64,000 nucleotides of DNA from the NCBI GenBank assembly GCA_038245785.1, contig JBBRSB010000007.1, forward strand, positions 32,001-96,000. Direction: 5' to 3'. Under the pieces are notes generated by a model, which was given only the letters and a program-made list of their open reading frames with translations, was not told where the DNA came from and searched no databases. This stretch comes from Gloeobacterales cyanobacterium (lineage in GTDB: Bacteria > Cyanobacteriota > Cyanobacteriia > Gloeobacterales > PMM-0068). Shown in pieces: positions 18,546 through 29,252 of the stretch. The position numbers and the translations under genes are program-made. The stretch's first letter is position 1. Each line of letters opens with the position of its first letter.

Positions 18546-18833
18546 ATGACTTCACAAGTGGTTTATCCTCACATCGAGAAGCCAGAGGGTCAGCCTGCTC
18601 ACTTACAAAGGTTGCCCCGCATTCGGGTTGCTCAAATTGTGATGGACTACTTAGCCTATGGCTGGTCCGTAGAGGAGATGTGTCACCAGCATCCTTACCT
18701 CCGCCCCCCGGAAGCTTATGCAGCGATGGGTTACTACTTCGACTACCAGGAAGAAATCGATAGCGAAATTCGCAGTGAATGGGAACAAGCACAGCGAGAA
18801 AGAAAGCAAACTCTTGATTGCACAAACCTCTAA
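18546..18833 (+). CDS. DUF433 antitoxin (orphan)
   Basis: PRIRVAQIVMDYLAYGWSVEEMCHQHPYL...YAAMGYYFD. Confidence 0.8.
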   Translation: MTSQVVYPHIEKPEGQPAHLQRLPRIRVAQIVMDYLAYGWSVEEMCHQHPYLRPPEAYAAMGYYFDYQEEIDSEIRSEWEQAQRERKQTLDCTNL

Positions 18834-18949
18834 ATCTAAAGAGTGGTTAAATACTGTCGAATACTTGCCCTTTCGGTGAGTGACGAAGGAAATAGACTTT
18901 CACAGTATGTATGATAGATGTAAATAACTCAATTTCATTGCGCCGCTTT

Positions 18950-19174
18950 ATGGACTACCACGACATCATCACCATTGAGCCTGGAAAACGCAGTGGCAAG
19001 CCTTGTATTCGAGGAATGCGAATCACGGTGTACGACATCTTAGAATATTTGGCGGGTGGCATGACCGAAGCCAAAATTTTAGAAGATTTTTCTGAACTCA
19101 CCTCAGAGGACATCAAAGCTTGTCTTGCTTTCGCGGCTGACCGCGAGAAGAAACTATTTGTAGCATCGCTGTGA
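18950..19174 (+). CDS. DUF433 antitoxin
   Basis: IEPGKRSGKPCIRGMRITVYDILEYLAGGM. Confidence 0.92.
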   Translation: MDYHDIITIEPGKRSGKPCIRGMRITVYDILEYLAGGMTEAKILEDFSELTSEDIKACLAFAADREKKLFVASL

Positions 19175-19503
19175 AATTGCTATTAGATGAAAACTTGTCA
19201 GACCGGATTATTTACAAAATTATTGATTTATACCCCGATTCTGAACATGTCAAGACCCTGGCATTGATGAATACAGAAGACGTCATTATCTGGGAATATG
19301 CGAAAGTTAATGGTTTTGTGATTGTTTCTAAAGACTCTGACTTCCATCAGCGCAGTTTACTTTACGGTCATCCACCTAAGTTTGTTTATCTTCGGATTGG
19401 CAATAGCCCAACGTCAAAGATTACTCAAATTTTGAGCGATAACTTTGACACTATCATTCAGTTTGAAGAGAGAGAGGCAGAGAGCATCCTAGTGTTGGCA
19501 TAG
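19171..19503 (+). CDS. DUF5615 PIN-like toxin
   Basis: MKLLLDENLS, IVSKDSDF, GHPPKFVYLRIGN. 4-bp overlap with DUF433. Confidence 0.9.
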   Translation: MKLLLDENLSDRIIYKIIDLYPDSEHVKTLALMNTEDVIIWEYAKVNGFVIVSKDSDFHQRSLLYGHPPKFVYLRIGNSPTSKITQILSDNFDTIIQFEEREAESILVLA

Positions 19504-19505
19504 TG

Positions 19506-19563
19506 TGGAGCAGTTAGCAAACTTGCGCGTCTCATTTCAGGCACGTCAAAATATAAATAAGGA
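19506..19563 (+). repeat. 58-bp direct repeat, copy 2 (right edge of island)
   Basis: TGGAGCAGTTAGCAAACTTGCGCGTCTC...AATAAGGA matches 16898-16955. Confidence 0.9.
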
Positions 19564-19614
19564 TGAAAGGGGATTAATCATGAGCTTGTCACCTGAAATA
19601 CCAATACGCTCTTC

Positions 19615-21021
19615 CTAACGAACGTAGCGAACACTCTCGACCTGACGGGTAAACAGTTCTGTAAAGATACTCAAAACGGTGCGTTTGCGGGTGCGGATAT
19701 TCGCGGAAAGAGACATTCCAGATTGAAGGGTTACGGGCTGCTTATCAATAAGCAAGTCTTGCTGGTTCAGGCGAATTTCCACAGGGAAGCGATAGAAATT
19801 ATAGATCTGGTCCGGCGGTAAGGCATCGGAACCAATTTGGACTACCTTTCCTTTGACATCGCCGTACTCACTAAAAGGAAAAGAGTCAATGCGAACATCC
19901 ACATCCATTCCTTCTTGAATGAAGCCAATATCCCGATTGGTAATGAATACTTTGGCAACCAGGTTTTTATCAGGGACAATTTTGAGAATCGGCTCGCTGG
20001 TAGAGACCACAGCCCCAGGCGTATTCGATTGAAAATCAAAAACTTTGCCGCTGACGGGTGCTTTCAGCTCTTCGTACTGCATCGCCACCTTGCCCCGCTT
20101 TAGCTGACCTTCCAGTTCAGAAAGCTTCTTGTCGTTATCGGCTATCTTGGTTAGGAGTTCCTTGCGATTGAGGGCCGTTGTATTTTGTAAGCGTTGCTGG
20201 GCTTGGGTAGTCGAGGCCTGGAGTCGCTTTTGCTCTTCCCCTAAACGGTCCACTTCGGCCCGACGTTGACGGACTTCCTGTTCTTGACGTCGATACTGAA
20301 GCCTGGGAATACCTCCTTCATCGGCCACAGACTTCAAATCATCAAGGATGTTCTGATTGAGCGCGAGGACATCCTGGGCACTAGCTAAGGCAAAATTATT
20401 CTGGCTGAGTTGTCGTTCGGACTGCTGAATTTCTGACTGAACCCCGGCCAATCGAGAGTTTGCTTCGGCTTGACTGGCTAGGAGCAAGGCTTGTTTGTCT
20501 AGGCTGAGGTTGGGCGCTGGTCTTGAACCTTGCAGCTGGGCACGATAGAGCTGATTTTCTTGGGCTAAAGCATCCCGGATGGCGATGTTGGCGGTCATGT
20601 CCGCCTCAGCATTTCTAGGATCGAGTTTCAACAAAGGTTGGCCTTTCTTTACCTGCTGGCCATCTTTCACGTAGACCGATTTGATCACCCCATTGGCAGG
20701 AGCCTGAACTTTTTTGACTGCTCCCATCGGTTCCAGTTTGCCCTGGGCCGAAACCGCTTCATCGATCTGGAAGACTGCAGCCCAGATAATTACAAAACTG
20801 GTTATAGCTACCAATAACCAGATAATCAGCCGCGACCAAAGGGGAGACTGTCTCAGGATAATGGGCTGGTCAAACGCTTGAGACGAGGTCAAACTCCGGC
20901 TAGGTATGGGGGCTAGCGAAAGCGACACCTGCTTTTGAATAGTCCCTGAACTAATCGGTTGAATAGCCTTGCTGGATTGATTGTTTTGACTAGGCTCTTG
21001 GACTCGATGGTTCGAATTCAT
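19615..21021 (-). CDS. hlyD: HlyD family type I secretion membrane fusion protein
   Basis: N-terminal TM, VKDGQQVKKGQPLL, coiled coil, DIGFIQEGMDVDVRIDSFPFSEYG. Confidence 0.92.
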   Translation of the reverse strand: MNSNHRVQEPSQNNQSSKAIQPISSGTIQKQVSLSLAPIPSRSLTSSQAFDQPIILRQSPLWSRLIIWLLVAITSFVIIWAAVFQIDEAVSAQGKLEPMGAVKKVQAPANGVIKSVYVKDGQQVKKGQPLLKLDPRNAEADMTANIAIRDALAQENQLYRAQLQGSRPAPNLSLDKQALLLASQAEANSRLAGVQSEIQQSERQLSQNNFALASAQDVLALNQNILDDLKSVADEGGIPRLQYRRQEQEVRQRRAEVDRLGEEQKRLQASTTQAQQRLQNTTALNRKELLTKIADNDKKLSELEGQLKRGKVAMQYEELKAPVSGKVFDFQSNTPGAVVSTSEPILKIVPDKNLVAKVFITNRDIGFIQEGMDVDVRIDSFPFSEYGDVKGKVVQIGSDALPPDQIYNFYRFPVEIRLNQQDLLIDKQPVTLQSGMSLSANIRTRKRTVLSIFTELFTRQVESVRYVR

Positions 21022-21032
21022 ACGTTCCCTTT

Positions 21033-23987
21033 CTATAGCTGAGCTTGTTGTTGCTGATAGAGGCAGTAATAGCGGCCTTTGAGCGCAGTCAATTCGTCAT
21101 GAGTCCCTTGTTCTACCACCGCGCCTTGGTCCATGACGACAATCACGTCGGCATTCCGTATAGTGCTCAGGCGATGGGTAATAAAGAAGACGCTTCGTCC
21201 ACGGAAAACTTCGACCAGATTTTGGCAGACCTGACGCTCCGTGTTGTAGTCCAGGGCACTGGTGGCTTCGTCTAAAACTAAGAGCTGTGGATTTTGCAGC
21301 ACCATCCGGGCAATGGCGATTCGCTGCCGCTGCCCCCCAGAGAGCGCAGAACCCCGCTCCCCAACCCGCGTGTTGTAGCCATTGGGCAAGGACATGATGA
21401 ACTCGTGGGCTACTGCCACCTTAGCGGCATAGACGATTTCTTCTGGAGAAGCCTCAGGAGAGGCCAGAGCAATGTTTTCCTGAACAGTGCCATCGAATAA
21501 GAGCGGGTCTTGCAGGACTAAACCGATTTGCTGACGCAGAGAATACAACTCTACTTTGCTAATGTCATAGCCATCCACCAGAATTCTTCCCGCTTCCGCT
21601 TCATAAAGCCGAGGCAGGAGTTTCATCAAAGTGCTTTTGCCAGAACCACTTTGGCCGACGACACCAACAAAGGTTCCTACTGGAAAATCCAGGCTGACAT
21701 TGATTAACTGGGGAGCAGCACTGCCATTGCTGGCGAAGCGGAAGGTAACATTTTCGTACTTCACCGCACCTTGAATCGCAGGCATCGGGATGTTCTGACG
21801 GTCCAGATCTTCTGCTTCACGGGGCGTATCGACAATATCGCTCAGGCGCTCCAGAGACAAAGCCGTTTCCTGGAAGTTTTGCCAGAGCTGCACGAGCCGC
21901 AGTAGAGGACTGGTGGTATAGCCCGCAATAATCCGGAAAGCAATCAGCTGGCCCAAGGTTAACTGCCCTTTGAGGACGAGATAGGCTCCAACCCACAGCA
22001 GAAGCAAACCAGAGAGTTGATTGAGGAACTGACTGAAAGAGTTAGCCGCTGTAGCCGTGAGGACGGTATTAAAACCAGCACTCACGTAGCGGCCATAGCG
22101 CTCTTGCCATTGCCAGCGAGAACGTAGTTCGATATTTTGAGCCTTGACCGTCTGGATGCCGGAAATCGCCTCGACAAAATAGGATTGAGCTTCGGCATTG
22201 CGTTCTGCTTTGGTCCGCAACTGCCTGCGAATAATCGGTGAAGCCAGGAAGGTAACTAAGGCAAAGAGTGGAATCGTAGACAAGGCCACCAGGGTTAACA
22301 CCCAGCTATAGATAGCCATGACCACGATGTAGATTACGGAGAAGATGGCGTCTAAGACGACGGTGAGTGCGGTTCCGGTTAGGAATTGACGGATATTTTC
22401 GAGCTCATTGACGCGAGTGGATAACTCCCCCACCGGACGTTTTTCAAAATAACGAAGAGGCAGACGCAAGAGGTGGTCAATAATTTCTGCGCCCAAAGCC
22501 ATATCAATACGATTGGTTGTATCGACAAAGAGATAGGTTCGCAAAGCGCCTAGTAAGGCTTCAAAGACAGCTACGACGAGCAGGAAAATACCCAAGACCT
22601 GCAGCGTATCCAAACTGTTTTGGACTAAAACTTTGTCAATGATGATCTGGACGATCAGGGGATTGGCTAAACCAAAAAGTTGGACAAAGAAGGAAGCGAC
22701 CAGTACTTCAAACAAGACTTTACGGTAGCGCCAGAGGGAAGGCAAAAACCAACTCAGGCTAAATCGCTGCTGAGGAGTTTGGGGAGTGGTTTTCAGCAGT
22801 AGAACCTGGCCTTCCTCTCCCCAAAGCCGCATAAACTCTGCGGACTTACAGCGCACAATACCCTTGCTTGGGATTCCTAAAACCAATTCCTTGTCGCTGA
22901 TCCGAAAGAGTACCGCCAGGTGATCTTGCCAGCGCACTAGAGCAGGGGCCTGTAGACGAGCGACTGCTGTGGCAGGCACGGTCACCAGTTGTGCATTCAA
23001 CCCCATCAGTTCGGCAACCGCCCCGCAAACAGACAGGGGCAGCTCCCCCGCACGCTCAAGCTGCTGACCGAGCACCCGACGAATAACTTCCCTGCGGAAT
23101 GGAGTATCTAAGGACTTACTAAGCATCTGAAAACAGGCGAGGGCTTCTTCCAGCGCACCACGCCCCCGCACAAGGGGATATTGCTCCTGTTGCTTACGAT
23201 TTTCTACAGGCTCAGGCACTACTTCTGGAGCATAGGGAATGGTCTCTATGGGAAGAACAGCCTGGGTCAGCGCGGGAAGGGCCTGCATTGGTCGCAACCG
23301 TTCTCGAAATCCCACGAGCCGCGCCGGGCTTTCCACGTTTAGCTCAGAACGTCCATTATTAGGAACGAGTCGACTGCCCACGGGAAAATGTGTAATTACA
23401 CCGCTGCTGACCAACCAAACCCAGTCAGGGTCCAACTGCTGGGCCAATTGTTTGCCGGTCGGCAGAACGCGCACCTGGACTGCTGACCCAATTTCGGTAG
23501 CTAATTCTTTTAAATCAACGGTGCCATCGGCCTGCTGCGCTAGCTGTGCGCCTAATAGGTCAAATAGCTCAATAAAAGCGCACTGGTCTTGGAAGGCTGC
23601 ACGGAAAGAGGATTCCTGGGTGACTAATTCCAAAAAATCTGCAGCGGGTAGAGCAAATCCAATCAGCTCTGTCGAAGCGGTAACAGTTTCACAGGCAATA
23701 CCGCGCACAAGACCAGCCCAACCGATAACATCACCAGGCTCCAGAATCTGGAGGGTTGTTGGTATTTCTGTCCGGGGATCATAGCCGAGCAGTCGCGCTT
23801 GTCCTTCGTAGAGAATAAATACCTGGGTGGGAAGCTTCTCTCGGACCAGGATCGCTTGCCCCATTCGATAGCGCAGGGGTTGCAGCTTTTCGAGCAACTT
23901 TTCGAGCGCAGGAGCGGATAGTTGGTCAAAAGGAGTGTAGTTTATTAAAAAACTTTTGAGTGTATCGCGCGTAGAAATATAGGTCAT
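21033..23987 (-). CDS. hlyB: HlyB-like type I secretion ABC transporter with cNMP-binding and C39-like domains
   Basis: GQSGSGKST, LSGGQRQR, LDEATSALD, TM domain and an N-terminal cNMP-like domain. Confidence 0.92.
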   Translation of the reverse strand: MTYISTRDTLKSFLINYTPFDQLSAPALEKLLEKLQPLRYRMGQAILVREKLPTQVFILYEGQARLLGYDPRTEIPTTLQILEPGDVIGWAGLVRGIACETVTASTELIGFALPAADFLELVTQESSFRAAFQDQCAFIELFDLLGAQLAQQADGTVDLKELATEIGSAVQVRVLPTGKQLAQQLDPDWVWLVSSGVITHFPVGSRLVPNNGRSELNVESPARLVGFRERLRPMQALPALTQAVLPIETIPYAPEVVPEPVENRKQQEQYPLVRGRGALEEALACFQMLSKSLDTPFRREVIRRVLGQQLERAGELPLSVCGAVAELMGLNAQLVTVPATAVARLQAPALVRWQDHLAVLFRISDKELVLGIPSKGIVRCKSAEFMRLWGEEGQVLLLKTTPQTPQQRFSLSWFLPSLWRYRKVLFEVLVASFFVQLFGLANPLIVQIIIDKVLVQNSLDTLQVLGIFLLVVAVFEALLGALRTYLFVDTTNRIDMALGAEIIDHLLRLPLRYFEKRPVGELSTRVNELENIRQFLTGTALTVVLDAIFSVIYIVVMAIYSWVLTLVALSTIPLFALVTFLASPIIRRQLRTKAERNAEAQSYFVEAISGIQTVKAQNIELRSRWQWQERYGRYVSAGFNTVLTATAANSFSQFLNQLSGLLLLWVGAYLVLKGQLTLGQLIAFRIIAGYTTSPLLRLVQLWQNFQETALSLERLSDIVDTPREAEDLDRQNIPMPAIQGAVKYENVTFRFASNGSAAPQLINVSLDFPVGTFVGVVGQSGSGKSTLMKLLPRLYEAEAGRILVDGYDISKVELYSLRQQIGLVLQDPLLFDGTVQENIALASPEASPEEIVYAAKVAVAHEFIMSLPNGYNTRVGERGSALSGGQRQRIAIARMVLQNPQLLVLDEATSALDYNTERQVCQNLVEVFRGRSVFFITHRLSTIRNADVIVVMDQGAVVEQGTHDELTALKGRYYCLYQQQQAQL

Positions 23988-24748
23988 GAAGAAGTTCCTA
24001 TAAGCTCTTTAGTCTCAAAATCCTGGGCTTGCATAGGACCTAGGTTTTCCAGCTGTTCTTGAAGCCAGCTTTGGAATAATTCAGCTAAAAGCTGTTGCCG
24101 CATCGGTTCATCCAACTGTGCGGGAATAAACTTTTCTAAGCGAACAATCACCCACCATTGCCCTAGCTGCATCGGAGCCCACAGTTGCTCTGGCTGACTA
24201 ACTGCCAGCACTCTTGCCAGGGTGGGATGCAGCGTTCCCAAGGGGATAGGACCAACCAGTCCGCCCGTTTGAGCCTCGGGGCCTTGCGAGTATTCACAAG
24301 CCAGGGGCGCAAAGCTCTGTTCCTGGTCATAGATGCGAAAGTAGAGTTCCTGGGCTACCCCTAAGTCTTGGATGCGGATCAGGCTATAGACGGCTCGGTC
24401 CAGGTGAGATTTACGCTGGAGAAAGTAAGATTCCAACTTCTTTTCCCACATAGCCCGTTTATAGCGTTCCAGGCGTAAGGGTCTAGTTGCCAGGGTCGTC
24501 AATTGTCTACGGGTTATGTGCTGTTTCGCTAACCAGGCTTGTTGCTCTGTCTCAGAGCCGATTTGATGCTGCTCATAGAACTGCTGTAAGCACTGAGCCT
24601 GTTCTTCCACCGTGCAGCCTATTTCGGCAATCGCTTGGTCTGTGACAAGCTCCCGTAGAAGCTGGGGCAACAGTTGATAACCAGCCAGGAGCGGCACCAG
24701 CTCCCCAGCGGTGATGATCCGATTGCCTACTTTGAGGATTCCAGTCAT
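23984..24748 (-). CDS. PpiC-type peptidylprolyl isomerase (T1SS associated)
   Basis: VYSLIR...AQELYFRI...YSQGPEAQTGGLVGP. 4-bp overlap with hlyB. Confidence 0.88.
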   Translation of the reverse strand: MTGILKVGNRIITAGELVPLLAGYQLLPQLLRELVTDQAIAEIGCTVEEQAQCLQQFYEQHQIGSETEQQAWLAKQHITRRQLTTLATRPLRLERYKRAMWEKKLESYFLQRKSHLDRAVYSLIRIQDLGVAQELYFRIYDQEQSFAPLACEYSQGPEAQTGGLVGPIPLGTLHPTLARVLAVSQPEQLWAPMQLGQWWVIVRLEKFIPAQLDEPMRQQLLAELFQSWLQEQLENLGPMQAQDFETKELIGTSS

Positions 24749-24757
24749 ATTATTCCT

Positions 24758-26545
24758 CTATCCAGTCACAAGCGGTCCGTTGCTGACCCCGGCGACTAAG
24801 CCATTAAGGGCCACCGCAGTGTTCACGGCAAAAGGATGAGGCAGACTCCCCTGGGCAAAGTCACCTTTAGGATTGACTTCAAATTGGCTGACAATCTGGG
24901 GTTGGCGATGTCTAATTTCCTCAGGATTGGCTATTAGCTCCGCTTCGGTATAGGGAGCGATTCCATAGGTCGTTACCGTCAGTTTTTGGGTGCTGGGAGC
25001 AATTTCAAAGTCGGTCCAGCTGTAGCTATGGGCTGCTACATAATCTCCCTGGAGCAAGGTGGCATCAATCAAACCTTTCGCCACAGGTAAATTGGCATTT
25101 AAACCGATGGGGTCATAGCCCAAGGGAGCCAGCTGCGCATTGAGGAGCTGCTTCAGAAAGTCATCTTTATCATTGACAAGGCTGTCTAGATCGTTGGCCA
25201 CAGGTAGCGCGTCGTAAAAAGCTTTCTGCTCCTTAGAAAGAAGACCAAAAGCTGAGGAAAGATCCACGACTGTCGGACCGAGGGGCGCATCAAAGCCGAC
25301 AGAGCCTGTGGTGATTTCGAAGGCATTAGTCGCTTTCTGGTCCTGGCCTGGCCCTTCTTGATAGGTAAGGTTATTGACCAAGGTGCCGTGGATATCAGCA
25401 GCGACAAAGACCACGTTATTAATGTGGTTGTCATCAATAAACTTCAGCAGTTCGGTGCGCTCGGTCCCATAGCCTTCATAGCGGTCTCCAGCAGCCGTCA
25501 CCCCCAGATTTTGGATCGGCTCAGGCACCATCACGAACTTCCAGGTAATGCCCTGCTGATCGGCTTGGAGCAAATCTCGTTTCAGGTCTGCCAGCTGTTG
25601 ATTACCCAATAGGGTGCGACGAGTGGTTTGCTGTTCTGTCAGTGGGTCAATATCAAAAGAACGGGCCAAAAATGCACCGACTTGCGCTGGGTCCGCAGCA
25701 TTGCCCACAGGACTAAGCTCTTGATCTCGGAAGGACCGAGCATCAAGCAGGAAGGTCGCTGCGTCCTTGCCGTAGGTATTAGAGCGGTAGAGCTTTTGTG
25801 CTCCGGCGGTGCGTGGATCACCCGTATCGCCGTAGAACTCATTGCGGAGAGGATTGTACTCCTGGAAGGCCTGTACGCCATTTTTATAGAGGGTCGTATT
25901 GTTAATCAGCCCTGTGGTGGTCCCAAAGCGGGGATCGGAAGCAGCGGGGGCTCCTCCGGCAAAATCATTCGTTACTTCATGGTCATCCAAGGTGGACAGG
26001 ATTGAAGTAGAAGCCCTAAGGTCTCCGAAGGCATTCAGGCCTGAGCGGTCACTGTAGACTTCATTATGTTTGACCCGGAATTCATCGAGCGTGGTGGCTT
26101 GGGCCAGCGGTAGATCTGGAGAAGGGAAGTCAGCGTAAATCGTATCGCCATGCTCAATGAAGAAGTCCAGGTTTAGTTCAGGAGCGTTACGAATCGCAGG
26201 ATAGGGGCTCAATTCACCCCGCCAATCGCCTGCCACTCCGAAACGCAATCCAATACTCGTCCCCGGATCGGCTGCCGTCTTAAACTGACCTAGGGCCGTA
26301 TTTCCATTGGCATCGGTGACCCGATAAAAGTAGCGAGTGCCAGCAGTAAGCTCTTGCACTTCTTGCTTCACTGGCACTAGGGGCTCTGTGACCGTCTGGC
26401 TGAAGCTGCCTAGAATGCCGCTGAAGTCAGGGTCTGTCGCATACTCAAAGGTGACTGAGCCAGGAGTCGCGCTTCGGGTCCACAAAACCGTAGAGGATTG
26501 GGTCGTATCGCCGGAAGCTACTTGGTTTGGAAAGGCACTATCCAT
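24758..26545 (-). CDS. phoD: PhoD family alkaline phosphatase (no signal peptide)
   Basis: VASGD...VLWTR, HGDTIYAD, DDHEVTND, VFVAADIH. Confidence 0.88.
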   Translation of the reverse strand: MDSAFPNQVASGDTTQSSTVLWTRSATPGSVTFEYATDPDFSGILGSFSQTVTEPLVPVKQEVQELTAGTRYFYRVTDANGNTALGQFKTAADPGTSIGLRFGVAGDWRGELSPYPAIRNAPELNLDFFIEHGDTIYADFPSPDLPLAQATTLDEFRVKHNEVYSDRSGLNAFGDLRASTSILSTLDDHEVTNDFAGGAPAASDPRFGTTTGLINNTTLYKNGVQAFQEYNPLRNEFYGDTGDPRTAGAQKLYRSNTYGKDAATFLLDARSFRDQELSPVGNAADPAQVGAFLARSFDIDPLTEQQTTRRTLLGNQQLADLKRDLLQADQQGITWKFVMVPEPIQNLGVTAAGDRYEGYGTERTELLKFIDDNHINNVVFVAADIHGTLVNNLTYQEGPGQDQKATNAFEITTGSVGFDAPLGPTVVDLSSAFGLLSKEQKAFYDALPVANDLDSLVNDKDDFLKQLLNAQLAPLGYDPIGLNANLPVAKGLIDATLLQGDYVAAHSYSWTDFEIAPSTQKLTVTTYGIAPYTEAELIANPEEIRHRQPQIVSQFEVNPKGDFAQGSLPHPFAVNTAVALNGLVAGVSNGPLVTG

Positions 26546-26565
26546 CGAGGCTGGTTTCCTTTGAT

Positions 26566-29136
26566 TTAGGTGAAGACGAAACTACTGGTATTGATGGAAG
26601 AGCTCTGCACGCCTAACAGAACCGCCAGGTCTTTTCCCTGATTGGAGATAAAGGTATCTGCCCCTCGTTGACTTAGAGAAAGGTCCCGAAACGATAATCC
26701 CAGCCCGGAAATGCCAAGGACATCGGTGCCTACCTGGAAATCGGTGATGGTATTAGCCGTTTTAGGAATCACGCCATTGGCTATCCAGAATTGGTCGGCG
26801 CCATCGCCTCCAGTCAGGTTGTTGCGCCCCCCTTCCCCAACAAAGAAACGGTCATTGAGCGCTGTCCCAATTAGCGAATCGTTCTTATCTAAGAAGAAGT
26901 CTTTCCCTGCCTTTGGATCGGGATTGACGCCTGCACGGGGGTCCAGCTTGAGGGGATTCTCCAACTTCAGCAGAATGCTCTCGTTGTTATCAATGGCCGG
27001 GGGCCGACCGATGGAGAAAGGATAGTTGTTGTCATTGGCTACCAGGATCGTGTTTTTATCAAGGACCAGAACATCTTCGATGGTCTCGAAAGGGAATTTG
27101 AAGGTGGTTTTGCCATCTTTATTGAGGTCGTTGGGGTCCTGGATATTGAGCAGATCCACTACTTCCTCTTTGGCAAAAAAACCGTCGCTATCTTTCTTGG
27201 AGAGGTCCACCTTGAAGATTTTTTTGAATTTGGCAGCATCTCCCTGATTGGGGTCGCGCTCAATCACCAGATACTCATTGCTGTTGATAACGGTAAAGTC
27301 TCCAATCGCATTGCTTGGGCTTTCCAGGCGATAGTAGCCAAGCAGTCCCTGAAACTTACTGGAAGCAACATCAAACTCGTAGACCCTGAGGGCATTGGTA
27401 GGATCTCCCACCACAGGCCCTTCTAGTAAAGGATAGAGTTTGGTCCGATCTGGGCTGATTGCCAATCCCTCAAAGCCTTTAGAGCGACCGAGATTGGAAA
27501 GTTTCTCTCCAGAGAGGACATCCGGATTCTGGGGAGAACGGACCAGATCTTCGGTGGCCTGCGTCCGGACTTTAACGCCCGTGCCGGAGAAATCGGTAAA
27601 GTAACCATCTACCCCAAGCTGAATAAACTGGCGGTACTCTAACTCTGGGTCTCCCTTATAGTCGGCAGCCAAATAGCGGTCTTCGTTACGGAAGGTATAA
27701 GGATGGACCAGCAAGTTCGCAGCATGGGCATCCTTGACCAAAGACGTGGGAGAGAGCAAGGTCTTGTCGGCATCATTGACGGCTCCATCCCCGTTGATAT
27801 CATCTGCCTTTCCATCGCCATCAGCATCGGTGCCTTTGACAGAGACGATCATCCGTTTCCAGGGGCCAATTCCGTCAGCATAGCTAGCAATTTCTTTTAA
27901 GCCTTCGGGGGTCCGCAAGTCTCCATAGGTGCGAGGGTCTCCACTGACTACAAAATCGTAGGGTCTGGTTTCAATCAGCTTGCCATCGAGGGCCACATCG
28001 GTTGCATCCAGCAGTTGGATCAGGGGCAGATCAATCAGCTGATTGAGTTTCTTCAGATTGCCCACTTCAAAAGATTGGATAAATACTCGGCTTGGGTCAG
28101 TGAAGTTATTCTGCCTCAGGATATCGACGAGGGGCTGTTCGAGGGATAAACCGACGGAGGCATGATAGGTAGGATGTTTGGTTTCAGGATAAATGCCAAT
28201 TTTGCGTCCCGTTTCCGCTTCCACCTGCTTGACCAGGTCAATGATCTCTTGGAGGGTGGGGACTTCAAACTGACCATTGAAAGATTGGTCACGGAAAGGC
28301 AGACGCTCTTTTGCTTTCAATGTCTTAATTTCAGCCAGGGTGAAATCATCGGCAAACCAGCCTGTCTCCGCTACACCATCAATCGTTTTTGTGCTGAAGC
28401 GGTCTGCAAATTCTGGTCGGTCCGCAACGTCTGTCGTGTCCTTAATGTTGACTTCGTGGCGCGCAATCAGGACTCCATCCTTGGTCGAAACGAGGTCAGG
28501 TTCAATAAAATCAGCGCCTAGCTCAATCGCTAACCCATAGGAAGCCAGGGTATGTTCTGGCCGGAGTCCGGCAGTTCCTCGATGACCAATAACAATCGGA
28601 GGCTTTCCATCCAACGTATTGAGCTTTGGAACATTGGGAGTGCTAACCGGAGCATCTAAAAGTTTGCCTGTTGCATCGAAATGCAATAGATAGGGTCCAA
28701 ATTCATCGCCGATCCAGATTGTGCCATCCTTAGCCAAAACGAAGGACTCAACGTCAAAATCAGCCCCAGTCAGCAGACGGTCATTCGTCCCGTCATTGGT
28801 GATTTTAAAAGGAACCTTGCCATCGGGGTCTGAGAGCTGGATAAAGTCTAAAACCTTGACACTGCCATCTCCTGACTGCTCACGCTGAAAGTTGGGCTCC
28901 AGACGATACAGGCGCAATAGAAAGTCAGCACTGTTGTCTTTCGCTCCAAAGCCATTATCCGCAAGGAACCAGTAGGAATTCTGTCCTGCAGACTGAACGC
29001 CGCTAAAACCTTGAACAGGTTGCCCTGTAAAAGGTCCCGTCCGACCATTCGCAGAAATATTTTTACCTGCATCGGGACCTTCAGCAAAGGTATCGGCAGG
29101 CAGTTGAGCAAATCCTTGTAGCTGTACGTTTGGCAT
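26566..29136 (-). CDS. Phytase-like esterase with inserted GDPD domain and RTX-type C-terminus
   Basis: DNGFGAK and [15 protein letters not shown]...PEHTL...IEPDLV (GDPD); resumes at RSPQNP and VANDNNYPF; tail [10 protein letters not shown]...ITDFQVGTD...SSFVF. Confidence 0.88.
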   Translation of the reverse strand: MPNVQLQGFAQLPADTFAEGPDAGKNISANGRTGPFTGQPVQGFSGVQSAGQNSYWFLADNGFGAKDNSADFLLRLYRLEPNFQREQSGDGSVKVLDFIQLSDPDGKVPFKITNDGTNDRLLTGADFDVESFVLAKDGTIWIGDEFGPYLLHFDATGKLLDAPVSTPNVPKLNTLDGKPPIVIGHRGTAGLRPEHTLASYGLAIELGADFIEPDLVSTKDGVLIARHEVNIKDTTDVADRPEFADRFSTKTIDGVAETGWFADDFTLAEIKTLKAKERLPFRDQSFNGQFEVPTLQEIIDLVKQVEAETGRKIGIYPETKHPTYHASVGLSLEQPLVDILRQNNFTDPSRVFIQSFEVGNLKKLNQLIDLPLIQLLDATDVALDGKLIETRPYDFVVSGDPRTYGDLRTPEGLKEIASYADGIGPWKRMIVSVKGTDADGDGKADDINGDGAVNDADKTLLSPTSLVKDAHAANLLVHPYTFRNEDRYLAADYKGDPELEYRQFIQLGVDGYFTDFSGTGVKVRTQATEDLVRSPQNPDVLSGEKLSNLGRSKGFEGLAISPDRTKLYPLLEGPVVGDPTNALRVYEFDVASSKFQGLLGYYRLESPSNAIGDFTVINSNEYLVIERDPNQGDAAKFKKIFKVDLSKKDSDGFFAKEEVVDLLNIQDPNDLNKDGKTTFKFPFETIEDVLVLDKNTILVANDNNYPFSIGRPPAIDNNESILLKLENPLKLDPRAGVNPDPKAGKDFFLDKNDSLIGTALNDRFFVGEGGRNNLTGGDGADQFWIANGVIPKTANTITDFQVGTDVLGISGLGLSFRDLSLSQRGADTFISNQGKDLAVLLGVQSSSINTSSFVFT

Positions 29137-29195
29137 GGGTGGCGATTCCTGGTAGCTAACAGTAGAAAATTCGTGGTTTGAGTTTGTATATGAAT

Positions 29196-29226
29196 AAAAA
29201 GGGCAGACTCAGCCGTGGGCCTGCCC
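29196..29226 (-). terminator. Putative intrinsic terminator after phoX-like gene
   Basis: Minus strand reads GGGCAGGCCCACGGCTGAGTCTGCCC (hairpin) followed by a T run. Confidence 0.65.
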
Positions 29227-29252
29227 AGGATCCCATTTGTCGCTTTGAAAAC

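Noticed and set aside
10548..19563. Bona fide integron
   Set aside because: There is no intI and no complete attC hairpin could be built. It is kept only as a hypothesis in the findings.
21033..23987. Bacteriocin/RiPP-processing peptidase transporter
   Set aside because: The C39 region lacks the catalytic DCG motif, no double-glycine precursor is seen, and RTX-type cargo is adjacent.
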